Assembly: GCA_903931735.1 (NCBI GenBank)
Contig: CAIZDL010000192.1
Span: forward strand, 18,608-82,607
Source: an uncultured Rhodospirillales bacterium
Lineage (GTDB): Bacteria; Pseudomonadota; Alphaproteobacteria; Azospirillales; Azospirillaceae
Length of the DNA stretch: 64,000 nt
Direction of reading: 5' to 3'
The notes beneath the pieces are model-generated. The model did not search any database, was not told where the DNA came from, and saw nothing but the letters and a program-made list of their open reading frames with translations. Position numbers and translations under genes: made by a program. Shown in pieces: positions 48,257 to 57,271 of the stretch. Every line of letters begins with the position of its first letter. Position 1 is the stretch's first letter.

Positions 48257-49198
48257 CTACTGGGTGATTCTGATCGGGTATCCGCGCCGTTCTCTTGCCG
48301 CCCGCAGCACGGTCGGCTCATCGAGGCGCGAAATGGCGTCGCCTGCGGCCTTCCTCGCCAACGGAAGCGCCTCAGTCGCTTCAACTTCGGTCATGTGGTG
48401 GGTCTCTTCGAGTTCGTCGGCCTGTTGCTTGGTCGGATGAACCTCCAGATAAAGCTCGCCATTCACCCAACCAACCTTAACCGGCTGATCGATGATCGTG
48501 ACCGACGTTCCCGAATCGACCTTGTGAAACAAGTCTTCAATATCTTCGGGATAAAGACGCATACAGCCATGGGTGACCCGGCGCCCGACCGCATAGGGCT
48601 CATTGGTGCCGTGAATCCGCCAATTGCCACCGGGAAAGCCGAGATAGAGCGCGAACAGCCCCATCGGATTATCCGGCCCCGCCGCCACCACCGCCGGCAG
48701 CTCGGGCTTTTCCTTGCGGATCGAGGCCGGGGGCACCCACACCGGGTTCGCCATCTTATGGGTGACATGGGTGGTGGAAACCGGGGTGTTATTCCCCTCC
48801 GAACCGATGCCCACCGGGTGGGTCTCGGGCGGTTGACCGGCGTGACGGTAATAGTACATCCGCATTTCGGTCAGATTGACGACAATGCCCTGACGAATCC
48901 CGTCCGGCAGCAGGTGCGCCGTCGGAATCAACAAGGTCACGCCCTCCCCCGGCAACCAGGGATCGAGCCCCGGATTGGCCGCCACCAACTCGACGAAGCC
49001 AAGATCGTACCTGCGGGCAACGTCGAGCAACGTGTCCTCGTGAACCGTGGTGTACGTTTGAAGCGACCCGATTATAGTCGGCTCACCCTGATTGGCGCGC
49101 GCCGTTCCAACCAGCCCGACCGTTGCCAACCCCACCGCCGCCAACACCGCGCCGCCTACCAGCGCGTTTCCCAGTACCAGCCACTTACCCGTCGCCAT
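48257..49198 (-). CDS. L,D-transpeptidase (LysM + YkuD domains), exported
   Basis: The ATG at 49198 follows GGAGGG. Signal MATGKWLVLGNALVGGAVLAAVGLATVGLVGTARA. The LysM-like segment is YTTVHEDTLLDVARRYDLGFVELVAANP. The YkuD catalytic motif is IHGTNEPYAVGRRVTHGCMRL. Confidence 0.85.
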   Translation of the reverse strand: MATGKWLVLGNALVGGAVLAAVGLATVGLVGTARANQGEPTIIGSLQTYTTVHEDTLLDVARRYDLGFVELVAANPGLDPWLPGEGVTLLIPTAHLLPDGIRQGIVVNLTEMRMYYYRHAGQPPETHPVGIGSEGNNTPVSTTHVTHKMANPVWVPPASIRKEKPELPAVVAAGPDNPMGLFALYLGFPGGNWRIHGTNEPYAVGRRVTHGCMRLYPEDIEDLFHKVDSGTSVTIIDQPVKVGWVNGELYLEVHPTKQQADELEETHHMTEVEATEALPLARKAAGDAISRLDEPTVLRAARERRGYPIRITQ

Positions 49199-49359
49199 AA
49201 TCACCCTCCGGCCACACAACCGCCGCGCCGCCGTGATCGGCGCCGCGACTCTTATATAGCGGCCAAAACAGCCAACGTTAACCAGACAAAAACAAGCCCC
49301 AGCGCGTTTTCCGCGGGCGTGTCCGCGAAAAAGCACAGCCAATGACCAACGCCCGCTGA

Positions 49360-49659
49360 TCAATGCCGAGGATAATGGCGCCGCTCGACCCCCGCCGGCA
49401 AATCACGACAGGCATCGCGATAAAGAGCCGACAGCTCATCCGCATGTTTCCAAGAACCATGGCCGGCAGCAATCGCGACATCATCCTGGATAACCTGCCT
49501 GAGCGCAGGCGGCCCCCAAGGTTGGTCCATCATCCATGCGCCTTTTTCAACGGCCACGATAAAGGGGATATTCTCATGTTCGGCCAAAGCCTCAATTTCA
49601 TCGCGGTTGATACCGGCTTCTGTGCAGGCAAGGTCAACGCAGTCTTGCAACGTGAGCAT
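49360..49659 (-). CDS. Hypothetical protein (99 aa)
   Basis: GGAGGA lies 5 nt before the ATG at 49659. The remainder of track ORF 49360..50154 is antisense to parE and was rejected. I recognise no domain. Confidence 0.5.
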   Translation of the reverse strand: MLTLQDCVDLACTEAGINRDEIEALAEHENIPFIVAVEKGAWMMDQPWGPPALRQVIQDDVAIAAGHGSWKHADELSALYRDACRDLPAGVERRHYPRH

Positions 49660-49824
49660 GATTTCCTCCGCTGTCACGCCATCTTGTTCCGCCCCGATAA
49701 CGGCTCTCCCAGGGCGGCGGCGTTTTGTTAGAGATAAGAAGCCGGCATCGGGCTCAGCCATGCCATTTGACGGCGACAGCCCCGCAGCTTGCACCCGGCA
49801 GCGCCCACCGCCATAATGCCGGCC

Positions 49825-51816
49825 ATGACCGACCTGTTCCGCCCCCCCGCCGCCGCCCCCGCCGAAGCCTATTCCGCCCACGACATCGAGGTGTTGGAAG
49901 GGCTGGAACCGGTGCGCCGACGCCCCGGCATGTATATCGGCGGCACCGATGAGCGGGCGCTCCACCATCTGGTGGCCGAAATCCTCGATAACGCCATGGA
50001 TGAGGCGGTCGCCGGCCACGCCAACCGGATCGATCTCGACCTCGGCAACGACGGCACCGTCACCGTGCGCGACAACGGCCGCGGCATTCCGGTGGACGAA
50101 CACCCGAAATATCCCGGGATATCGGCGCTTGAGGTTATTTTGACCACCCTCCATTCCGGAGGCAAGTTCAGCGGCAAGGTTTATGCCACCTCGGGCGGGT
50201 TACACGGTGTTGGTCTCAGCGTGGTCAACGCTCTTTCCGATAGCTTGGTGGTCGAAGTCGCACGCGACCGTCAGCTTTATGTTCAGGAGTACAGCCGGGG
50301 CAAGCCGCAGGGGCCGATACTCCATCGCGGCGGGACGCCCAACCGGCGTGGAACGACCATTCGCTTTCACCCCGACCCTGAGATTTTTGGCACCGAGGCG
50401 CGGTTCATCCCGTCTCGGCTTTACCGCCTCGCCCGCTCCAAGGCTTACCTCTTCCGGGGGGTCGAAATCCGCTGGAGTTGCGACGCCGACCTGCTCGGCT
50501 CCGACGGGTCGGTTCCGGCGAGCGAAAGCCTGCATTTTCCCAACGGCCTCCTGGATTACCTCACCGCCGCCCTCAAAACCCGCAAGACCGTGACGCCGGC
50601 GCCATTCTCGGGCGAGGCGCTGTTTGCCGCCGATGCCGGCCGCGTCGAGTGGGCAATCGGCTGGCCCGAGGATGACGACGGCTTCACCCACTCCTATTGC
50701 AACACCATCCCCACCCCCCAGGGCGGCAGCCACGAGCAGGGGTTGCGGAGCGCCCTCACCCGCGCGCTAAAAGATTATGGCGAACGAGTCAAAAACACCA
50801 AAGCCTCCCAGATCACCGCCGACGACGTAATGGGCGACGCCGCGATACTGCTCTCGGTGTTCATCCGCGAGCCCTCGTTTCAGGGCCAAACCAAGGAGAA
50901 GCTCTCCTCGCCCGAGGCAACCCGGTTGGTTGAACAAGCGGTCAAGGATCGGTTTGATCAGTGGCTTACCACCGACCGCGCCAGCAGCAACGCCCTCCTC
51001 GAACGCCTGATCGAAAAGGCCGAGGAGCGCGCCCGCAAGCGTGCCGCCAAAGATCAGGCCCGCAAGACCGCCACCCGCAAGCTGCGCCTACCGGGCAAGC
51101 TCGCCGATTGCTCCCGCACCTCCTCCGAGGGGACCGAGTTGTTTCTGGTCGAGGGCGACTCGGCGGGCGGCTCGGCCAAACAGGCCCGAAACCGCGAGAC
51201 TCAGGCGATATTGCCCCTGCGCGGTAAAATCCTCAACGTCGCCTCGGCCAGCCTCGATAAGCTGCGCGCCAACCAGGAAATCAACGATCTTATCCTGGCG
51301 CTCGGATGCGGCACCGGCAAGGAGTTTTCCTCCGACAAGCTGCGCTACGAAAAGATCGTCATCATGACCGATGCCGACGTCGACGGCGCCCACATCGCCT
51401 CCCTGCTTATGACCTTTTTCTTTCGGGAAATGCCGGCGCTCATCGAGGCGGGGCACCTTTACCTCGCCCTGCCGCCGCTTTACCGCCTCGCGGCCGGAGG
51501 CAAAAGCGTTTATGCCCGCGACGACGCCCACAAAGACCAATTGCTGAAAAAAGGCTTTGGCGGCAAAGGAAAGGTCGATATCAGCCGCTTTAAAGGTCTT
51601 GGCGAAATGATGCCGGCCCAACTCAAAGAAACCACCATGGCCCCCGGCAAACGCCAACTCTTGCGCGTGACCGTTCCCAACTCCCGCGATCCCGAAGACC
51701 GGGAAGACGCCGAAGCCACCAGCAACTTGGTGGAAAAGTTAATGGGCCGCAAACCCGAGCTGCGCTTCCGGTTTATTCAGGAAAACGCCAAATTTGTGCA
51801 AGATATCGATGTGTGA
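49825..51816 (+). CDS. parE: DNA topoisomerase IV subunit B
   Basis: VLEGLEPVRRRPGMYIGG, EILDNAMDE, and the Toprim motif LVEGDSAGGSAKQAR. At 663 aa it lacks the GyrB-specific insertion, so it fits ParE rather than GyrB. Confidence 0.85.
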   Translation: MTDLFRPPAAAPAEAYSAHDIEVLEGLEPVRRRPGMYIGGTDERALHHLVAEILDNAMDEAVAGHANRIDLDLGNDGTVTVRDNGRGIPVDEHPKYPGISALEVILTTLHSGGKFSGKVYATSGGLHGVGLSVVNALSDSLVVEVARDRQLYVQEYSRGKPQGPILHRGGTPNRRGTTIRFHPDPEIFGTEARFIPSRLYRLARSKAYLFRGVEIRWSCDADLLGSDGSVPASESLHFPNGLLDYLTAALKTRKTVTPAPFSGEALFAADAGRVEWAIGWPEDDDGFTHSYCNTIPTPQGGSHEQGLRSALTRALKDYGERVKNTKASQITADDVMGDAAILLSVFIREPSFQGQTKEKLSSPEATRLVEQAVKDRFDQWLTTDRASSNALLERLIEKAEERARKRAAKDQARKTATRKLRLPGKLADCSRTSSEGTELFLVEGDSAGGSAKQARNRETQAILPLRGKILNVASASLDKLRANQEINDLILALGCGTGKEFSSDKLRYEKIVIMTDADVDGAHIASLLMTFFFREMPALIEAGHLYLALPPLYRLAAGGKSVYARDDAHKDQLLKKGFGGKGKVDISRFKGLGEMMPAQLKETTMAPGKRQLLRVTVPNSRDPEDREDAEATSNLVEKLMGRKPELRFRFIQENAKFVQDIDV

Positions 51817-51946
51817 AGGTTTGGACACAATGACACCCGAAGATCGTGTTCCCGAAAGCTCCCTGGCCGAAGGCTTCCTGGCGCTGCCGGAGCAAACCCG
51901 ATAGGCTGCCAGCCCGAGAAACAACAAGGGTCCGCTAACAACCGCC

Positions 51947-52948
51947 ATGACGGAAAATACCTACGGCCTGATCGACGCAGTTGTGATAGAGCCCGGCGCC
52001 AGCGCGATTCGCTGGATGCGTGATGCGTTGGGCCACATGGGCGTCCGCAAAACCCACCCCTTTCAAAGCCTGAAAGGCTCCTCCGAACAAATCGTTTCTC
52101 TTACCCCCGATCTTATCATTGTCGATATCGATGCTCCCGAGATCGATGGCTTCAAGTTTATCCACTGGGTCCGTAGCGATCCCGTCTACCCGAACCCCTT
52201 TGTTTGCATCATTGCAACGACTTGGCACCCAACGGCCTCACTGCTGCAAAAGGTCGATAACTCCGGGGCCGACGCCTTGCTGGTCAAACCTTTTTCGCCA
52301 AAACAAATAATGGATCAGCTTCACCACCTGATCGAAGCCCGCAAGCGCTTTGTGGTTTCAACCGACTACATCGGCCCCGACCGCCGCAAAAACCCGCGCG
52401 ACGACCCGGAGATTCCAACGCTGGAGGCCCCCAACACCCTTCGATTGAAGGTCTCCGGACACTGGGACACCAACACCGCCCGCGATCTGCTCGCCAAAGG
52501 CATCGGCTGGCTGAGCGAACATAAAGCCCAGCGCGACGCCTTCCAAATCGCCTTCCTGCTCGAATATGCCAAGCCGGGCCTGCTCACCCACCCCCCCGAC
52601 CGAATCGCCTTTCTTCATGCCCTCAAAGTTGGCGCCCTCGTGGACGATATGGTCAAGCGCTTGATCACCCGCGACCACGACCCCAACCTCGAAACAACCT
52701 GCAAGGCGTTGCTGACGCTGATCGAACGCATTCGGCGCAAACCCGAAACCGCCGCCGCCAGCGCCGATATGGAGCAACTCCATACGCTCTCCTTCCGTTT
52801 GGCTCAGGCGATCGAGCCCAGCCGAACGCTGGAGCAACTCACCCACCAAATCGCCGAGTCCACGGTGGACTATCGCGCCCGGATGGAATGCCTGAAAGCA
52901 ACCAAGGCCCAATCCGCCATCAACGGTCCCGCCAAACCGTCCCATTAG
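51947..52948 (+). CDS. Response-regulator receiver domain protein with an uncharacterised ~200-aa C-terminal domain
   Basis: REC features: DLIIVDIDAPEIDG (phospho-Asp), IIATTW, LLVKPF. The N-terminal acidic pair is replaced (AVVIEPG). This is followed by YIGPDRRKNPRDD and a helical domain I do not recognise. Confidence 0.7.
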   Translation: MTENTYGLIDAVVIEPGASAIRWMRDALGHMGVRKTHPFQSLKGSSEQIVSLTPDLIIVDIDAPEIDGFKFIHWVRSDPVYPNPFVCIIATTWHPTASLLQKVDNSGADALLVKPFSPKQIMDQLHHLIEARKRFVVSTDYIGPDRRKNPRDDPEIPTLEAPNTLRLKVSGHWDTNTARDLLAKGIGWLSEHKAQRDAFQIAFLLEYAKPGLLTHPPDRIAFLHALKVGALVDDMVKRLITRDHDPNLETTCKALLTLIERIRRKPETAAASADMEQLHTLSFRLAQAIEPSRTLEQLTHQIAESTVDYRARMECLKATKAQSAINGPAKPSH

Positions 52949-53018
52949 CAAAATTTTTCCCTCGCCGGTCAAATGGGGGCCTATCATCGGGCATCCTTGG
53001 ATCTATGGGGGCTTTTGC

Positions 53019-55226
53019 GTGACCGACCTCTGCCGCCTTGCCAAACTGGTTGGTATCGAACCTTTTTTTTTCGATATCTGGGGCAATCGCACCGACGTTA
53101 GCGAGGAGGCCCAACGGGCGTTAATCGCCGCGCTCGGCCATGCCAGCGGCACCAGCGCCGAAATCGCTGCAAGCCTCCGCACCGTGGAAGCCGCCCCCTG
53201 GCAACGCCTCGCCCCCCCGGTGCGTGTTGTGGGTGGGGACGAAGCCATCCTGCTTCCGGTCACGATTTTCGACTCTGAACGAGATCTGCCGATCACCTGG
53301 ACGGTGACCCTCGAATCGGGCGCCGTTTATAACGGCGATGCCCCGCCCGCCAGCCTCGCCCGGGAAGCCGAGACCGAGCTGGCAGGTGTGGCCCTGGCCC
53401 GCCTCGCCCTGCCGATCCCGTTGCGGTTGCCCCTGGGCTACCACACCCTTACCGTGTGCCATGGCCGGCGAGAGGTCCGGCTCAGCCTGATCATCGCGCC
53501 CGAACAATGCCTTACTCCGGAAGATATCGTGCCCGGCGGTCGCACCTGGGGAGTGGGCGTGCAGCTTTACGGCATCCGCAGCACCGGCAATTGGGGTATC
53601 GGCGATTTTTCCGACCTCGCCGATCTTGGCGAACTTGCGGCCGGTCTGGGTGCCGGCACCGTCGGGCTGAACCCGCTACACGCCCTTTTTGGCGCCGATC
53701 CGCATCATTATAGCCCCTATTCGCCCTCGCACCGGGGGTTGCTCAACGCTCTCTATATTGACCCGGTGGCGGTGCCCGACCTCGCCGAATGCCCCGAAGC
53801 CCGCGATCTGATCGGCGGCCCCGAATTTCAGCGCACCCTTGCCAAAGCCCGCGCCTCGGAACTCGTGGATTACCCAGCGGTGGCCGCCCTCAAACGCCCG
53901 GTGCTGGAGCTGCTGTTCCGCAGTTTCCAGGCGCGCCACCTGGGACCGGCAGCCGCTGGCACCCCAAGCACCAGGGTCGCGGCGTTCCGTGCTTTTCAAG
54001 CCGAAGGCGGACGGCAGCTCTATCGCTTCGCACTGTTCGAGACCCTGCACGAGCATATCTTTGGCCGCGATTTCACGCGCTGGAACTGGCAAGAATGGCC
54101 GCCGGGCTTCCGCGATCCCGCCAGCCCGGAGGTTGCGGCCTTTGCCGCCGATCATGCCGATCGCGTAACCTTCTTCCAATATCTGCAATGGCTGGCCGAT
54201 GACCAACTGGCCGAGGCCGCCGCCAAGGCGCGGGCGGCCGGGCTCACCTTTGGTTTCTATCGCGATCTTGCGGTGGCGATCAGCCCCGGCGGCGCTGCCG
54301 CCTGGGCCGATCCGGTGGCAATCGCGGTTAACGCGCGCATCGGTTGCCCGCCGGACCAATTCAACCTTCAGGGACAAAACTGGGGCCTTGCACCCTTCTC
54401 GCCGGTGGGGTTGGTGGAAACCGCCTATCAACCGTTCATCGAGGTTCTGCGCGCCAACATGCGCCACGCCGGCGTGCTGCGCATCGACCACGTTATGGCG
54501 CTCCAACACCTTTACTGGATTCCCCCCAATGGTGGCATCGGCGGCTATCTCAGCTATCCGTTTCGGGATTTGGTTCGGCTGATCGCGCTGGAGTCTCACC
54601 GTAATCGTTGCATCGTCATCGGCGAGGATCTCGGCACCGTGCCCGATGGTTTCCGCCCGGCCATGGCCCGCGCGGGCATCCTGTCCTGCCGGGTATTCTA
54701 CTTTGAACGCGACCATCACGGCGCCTTCCAGCCGCCCGAAGCCTACCCCGTCAATGCCCTGGTAACGGCCACCACTCACGACCTCGCGACGCTGGCTGGC
54801 TTCTGGCAAGGCCGCGACATCGCGTGGCGGACCCGGCTCGGGCTCTACCCCACCGCCGCGATACGCGACGACGAAACACGCAATCGCGAGCACGACCGGT
54901 GGCGGCTGCTCGAAGCCCTGGCCCATGCCGGCGTGCTGCCCGACCGCTTGCACCCCCGCCACGGCCGCCTCGCCCCCCTCGACCACGACCTGGTAACGGC
55001 GATTTACGGCTTCCTCGCCCGCAGCCGGGCTCAGGTGTTGATGGTGCAGAGTGAAGACCTGCTCCTAGAGCCCGAGCAACCCAACCTCCCCGGCACCGTG
55101 ACTGAACATCCCAACTGGCGCCGCCGTCTCGCCCTAACCCTCGACCAAATCGGCCGTCTGCCGGGAACCAAGCAGCTCGCCAAGGAACTCTCGGCGCAAG
55201 GCCGCTCGCCCCTGATCAAGGGATAA
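53019..55226 (+). CDS. malQ: 4-alpha-glucanotransferase (amylomaltase, GH77)
   Basis: GTG start. WGVGVQLYGIRSTGNWGIGDFSDL, SPYSPSHRGLLN, LRIDHVMAL, IGEDLGTVP. Confidence 0.9.
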   Translation: MTDLCRLAKLVGIEPFFFDIWGNRTDVSEEAQRALIAALGHASGTSAEIAASLRTVEAAPWQRLAPPVRVVGGDEAILLPVTIFDSERDLPITWTVTLESGAVYNGDAPPASLAREAETELAGVALARLALPIPLRLPLGYHTLTVCHGRREVRLSLIIAPEQCLTPEDIVPGGRTWGVGVQLYGIRSTGNWGIGDFSDLADLGELAAGLGAGTVGLNPLHALFGADPHHYSPYSPSHRGLLNALYIDPVAVPDLAECPEARDLIGGPEFQRTLAKARASELVDYPAVAALKRPVLELLFRSFQARHLGPAAAGTPSTRVAAFRAFQAEGGRQLYRFALFETLHEHIFGRDFTRWNWQEWPPGFRDPASPEVAAFAADHADRVTFFQYLQWLADDQLAEAAAKARAAGLTFGFYRDLAVAISPGGAAAWADPVAIAVNARIGCPPDQFNLQGQNWGLAPFSPVGLVETAYQPFIEVLRANMRHAGVLRIDHVMALQHLYWIPPNGGIGGYLSYPFRDLVRLIALESHRNRCIVIGEDLGTVPDGFRPAMARAGILSCRVFYFERDHHGAFQPPEAYPVNALVTATTHDLATLAGFWQGRDIAWRTRLGLYPTAAIRDDETRNREHDRWRLLEALAHAGVLPDRLHPRHGRLAPLDHDLVTAIYGFLARSRAQVLMVQSEDLLLEPEQPNLPGTVTEHPNWRRRLALTLDQIGRLPGTKQLAKELSAQGRSPLIKG

Positions 55227-55279
55227 TCAAGGCGATGGCAGTGTGACCCGAATAACCCTACATGACCCTGAAGGATACG

Positions 55280-55354
55280 CTGGCTGGGGCGCCAGGGATC
55301 GAACCTGGGAATGGTGGAATCAAAATCCACTGCCTTACCGCTTGGCTACGCCCC
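55280..55354 (-). tRNA. tRNA-Gln (anticodon UUG), 75 nt with encoded CCA
   Basis: The reverse complement is TGGGGCGTAGCCAAGCGGTAAGGCAGTGGATTTTGATTCCACCATTCCCAGGTTCGATCCCTGGCGCCCCAGCCA. It folds as a cloverleaf with a U1-A72 pair, anticodon loop TT-TTG-AT and a GGTTCGATCC T-arm. It is near-identical in layout to E. coli tRNA-Gln. Confidence 0.95.
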
Positions 55355-55557
55355 AATCTAACCGCGGACCGCACCATAGGGCGGTCCGCGCCGAGTTTCA
55401 AGCCTCTCTCGTCCCCATTTTGCCGCAAAAATAAAACCGGGGCCGATAACACCGCCAGCGAGCACCCTTTTGCCACGCCCCCCGCTATAGTGCTATTGTT
55501 TGGGCGGGGGAGCAAATGGCCGCCGCACAGGCTCCGAAACGTCAGGTGGTGCGTCGC

Positions 55558-56451
55558 ATGAAACTCGCGGTGGTGTTGAACGAAAACGCGGGCGCCTTGG
55601 TGGGAATCCCCGCTGCGGCTACCATCGCGAAGCTTCACCAGCACTTCGCCGCAGCCGGCGTTGAAGCCCACATCACCGCCGCCCCCGGAGCTGCCATTGA
55701 CCCCGCAATTCGGGCCGCCGTCGCCTCCGACGCCGAAGCCGTCATCATCGGTGGCGGCGACGGCACTCTTGCCACCGCAGCCGGCCACCTGCTCGGCACC
55801 GGCAAGGCGCTCGGGCTGTTGCCGTTGGGAACCATCAACCTCCTGGCCCGGGACCTTGGCATTCCCACCGATCTGGCAACCGCGGTGTTGGTGCTGACAA
55901 AAGGAACGCGCAGAATCATCGATGTTGGCGAAGTCAACGGCCACGTTTTTCTCAACAATACCCTAATTGGTCTTTATCCAACCTTGGTCAAAGCCCGAGA
56001 ACGTCAGCGCGGCGTACCCGGTTGGCGCAAATGGCCCGCGATGGCTTCTGCGGTGCTTAAGGCGCTGCGGTATTATAACCTCATCGATGTGGTGGCCGAC
56101 CTTGGCGAGGGGCCGCGCCCGATCCGCACCCCCGCGCTGGCAGTGGTCAACAACGCCTATCGCGACCCCGCCGCCACCTTCCTCAACCGCCCGACTCTCG
56201 ATGCCGGCCACCTCGCGGTTTACGTTGCCAAGCACCAAACCCCCCTCGGCTTGGTCCGACTGATGGCCGGGCTGGCGCTTGGCGGCTGGCAAAGCAACAC
56301 CGAACTTGCGTCCCTCATCATGACAGAACTCACTGTCAATAGCCAATCCCACCGCAAGCTTAAAGTTGCCATCGACGGCGAGGTCTTCCGGCTTGCAGCG
56401 CCGTTGGTTTATCGCATCCGGCCCAAAGCCCTGGCAGTATTGGTGCCATGA
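55558..56451 (+). CDS. Diacylglycerol/lipid kinase family protein (YegS-like)
   Basis: MKLAVVLNENAG, IIGGGDGTL, LGLLPLGTINLLARDLGIP. An alternative start is at 55516. Confidence 0.8.
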   Translation: MKLAVVLNENAGALVGIPAAATIAKLHQHFAAAGVEAHITAAPGAAIDPAIRAAVASDAEAVIIGGGDGTLATAAGHLLGTGKALGLLPLGTINLLARDLGIPTDLATAVLVLTKGTRRIIDVGEVNGHVFLNNTLIGLYPTLVKARERQRGVPGWRKWPAMASAVLKALRYYNLIDVVADLGEGPRPIRTPALAVVNNAYRDPAATFLNRPTLDAGHLAVYVAKHQTPLGLVRLMAGLALGGWQSNTELASLIMTELTVNSQSHRKLKVAIDGEVFRLAAPLVYRIRPKALAVLVP

Positions 56452-57266
56452 GAACAATCGCTCACCTCTCCGACCTCCATTTTGGCCGCATCGACCACGA
56501 AGTTCTGGAAGCGCTGATCTCTGACCTTACCATGGTTAGACCATCACTTGTGGTCATCAGCGGTGATTTGGTCCAGCGCGCCCGGAAACGGCACTTTCGA
56601 GCCGCCCGCGCCTTCCTCGACCGCCTGCCCGCGCCCTGGCTGGTCGTGCCCGGCAATCACGATATTCCGGCCTATAACCTCCTGGCCCGCTTCACGATGC
56701 CGTTCCGAAACTATCGCCGCTATATTACCCCCGATCTTAGCCCCTTCATCGAGGATGATGAAATCGCGGTGCTGGGGATCAATACCGCCCGGCCTCTAAT
56801 CCTCAATTTCGCCCATGGCCGCATCAATCACCGGCAAATAGAGCACATCGTCACCGCATTTAGAGATGTTCCGGCTCGCGTCTTCAAAATTTTAGTGACT
56901 CACCACCCATTTTTACCATCACCTGACAAACCATCGGGCAAAATATTACTTGGAAGAGCGCGCGAGGCGCTGCCGGCGCTTGAAACATGTGGCATTGATC
57001 TTTTGCTCGCAGGGCATTTCCATCGGGGGTTTTCCGGTAAAATCACCGACCATCACCGCCACCTCACGCGCCCGATTCTGGCAGCTCACGCCTCGACCGC
57101 AACCTCAACCCGGCTGCGGGACGAACCCAATGGCTACAACCTGATCACCGTGGCAGAGCCAAGCGTGACCTTTGAGGAGCGCGTCTGGACCGGATATGGC
57201 TTCAGCGCGTCGGAATGCGACACGTACGCCCGTACGCCTCGCCATCATATGGCGACACCGGCCTAA
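56448..57266 (+). CDS. Metallophosphoesterase
   Basis: ATGA overlap with the upstream gene. Motifs HLSDLHFG, ISGDLV, VPGNHD, THHP, GHFH. Confidence 0.85.
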   Translation: MRTIAHLSDLHFGRIDHEVLEALISDLTMVRPSLVVISGDLVQRARKRHFRAARAFLDRLPAPWLVVPGNHDIPAYNLLARFTMPFRNYRRYITPDLSPFIEDDEIAVLGINTARPLILNFAHGRINHRQIEHIVTAFRDVPARVFKILVTHHPFLPSPDKPSGKILLGRAREALPALETCGIDLLLAGHFHRGFSGKITDHHRHLTRPILAAHASTATSTRLRDEPNGYNLITVAEPSVTFEERVWTGYGFSASECDTYARTPRHHMATPA

Positions 57267-57271
57267 ATCAC

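Noticed and set aside
49660-50154. Upstream part of minus-strand ORF 49360..50154
   Set aside because: It overlaps the parE 5' region on the opposite strand and is Gly/Ala/His-rich junk. Only the last 99 codons, preceded by GGAGGA, look like a gene.
53676-54986. 436-aa minus-strand ORF
   Set aside because: It is antisense to malQ (GH77 motifs on the plus strand). This is a shadow ORF.
55227-55560. Genomic island or prophage integration at tRNA-Gln
   Set aside because: There is no integrase, no direct repeat of the tRNA 3' end and no compositional shift on either side. The flanking genes are ordinary metabolic genes.
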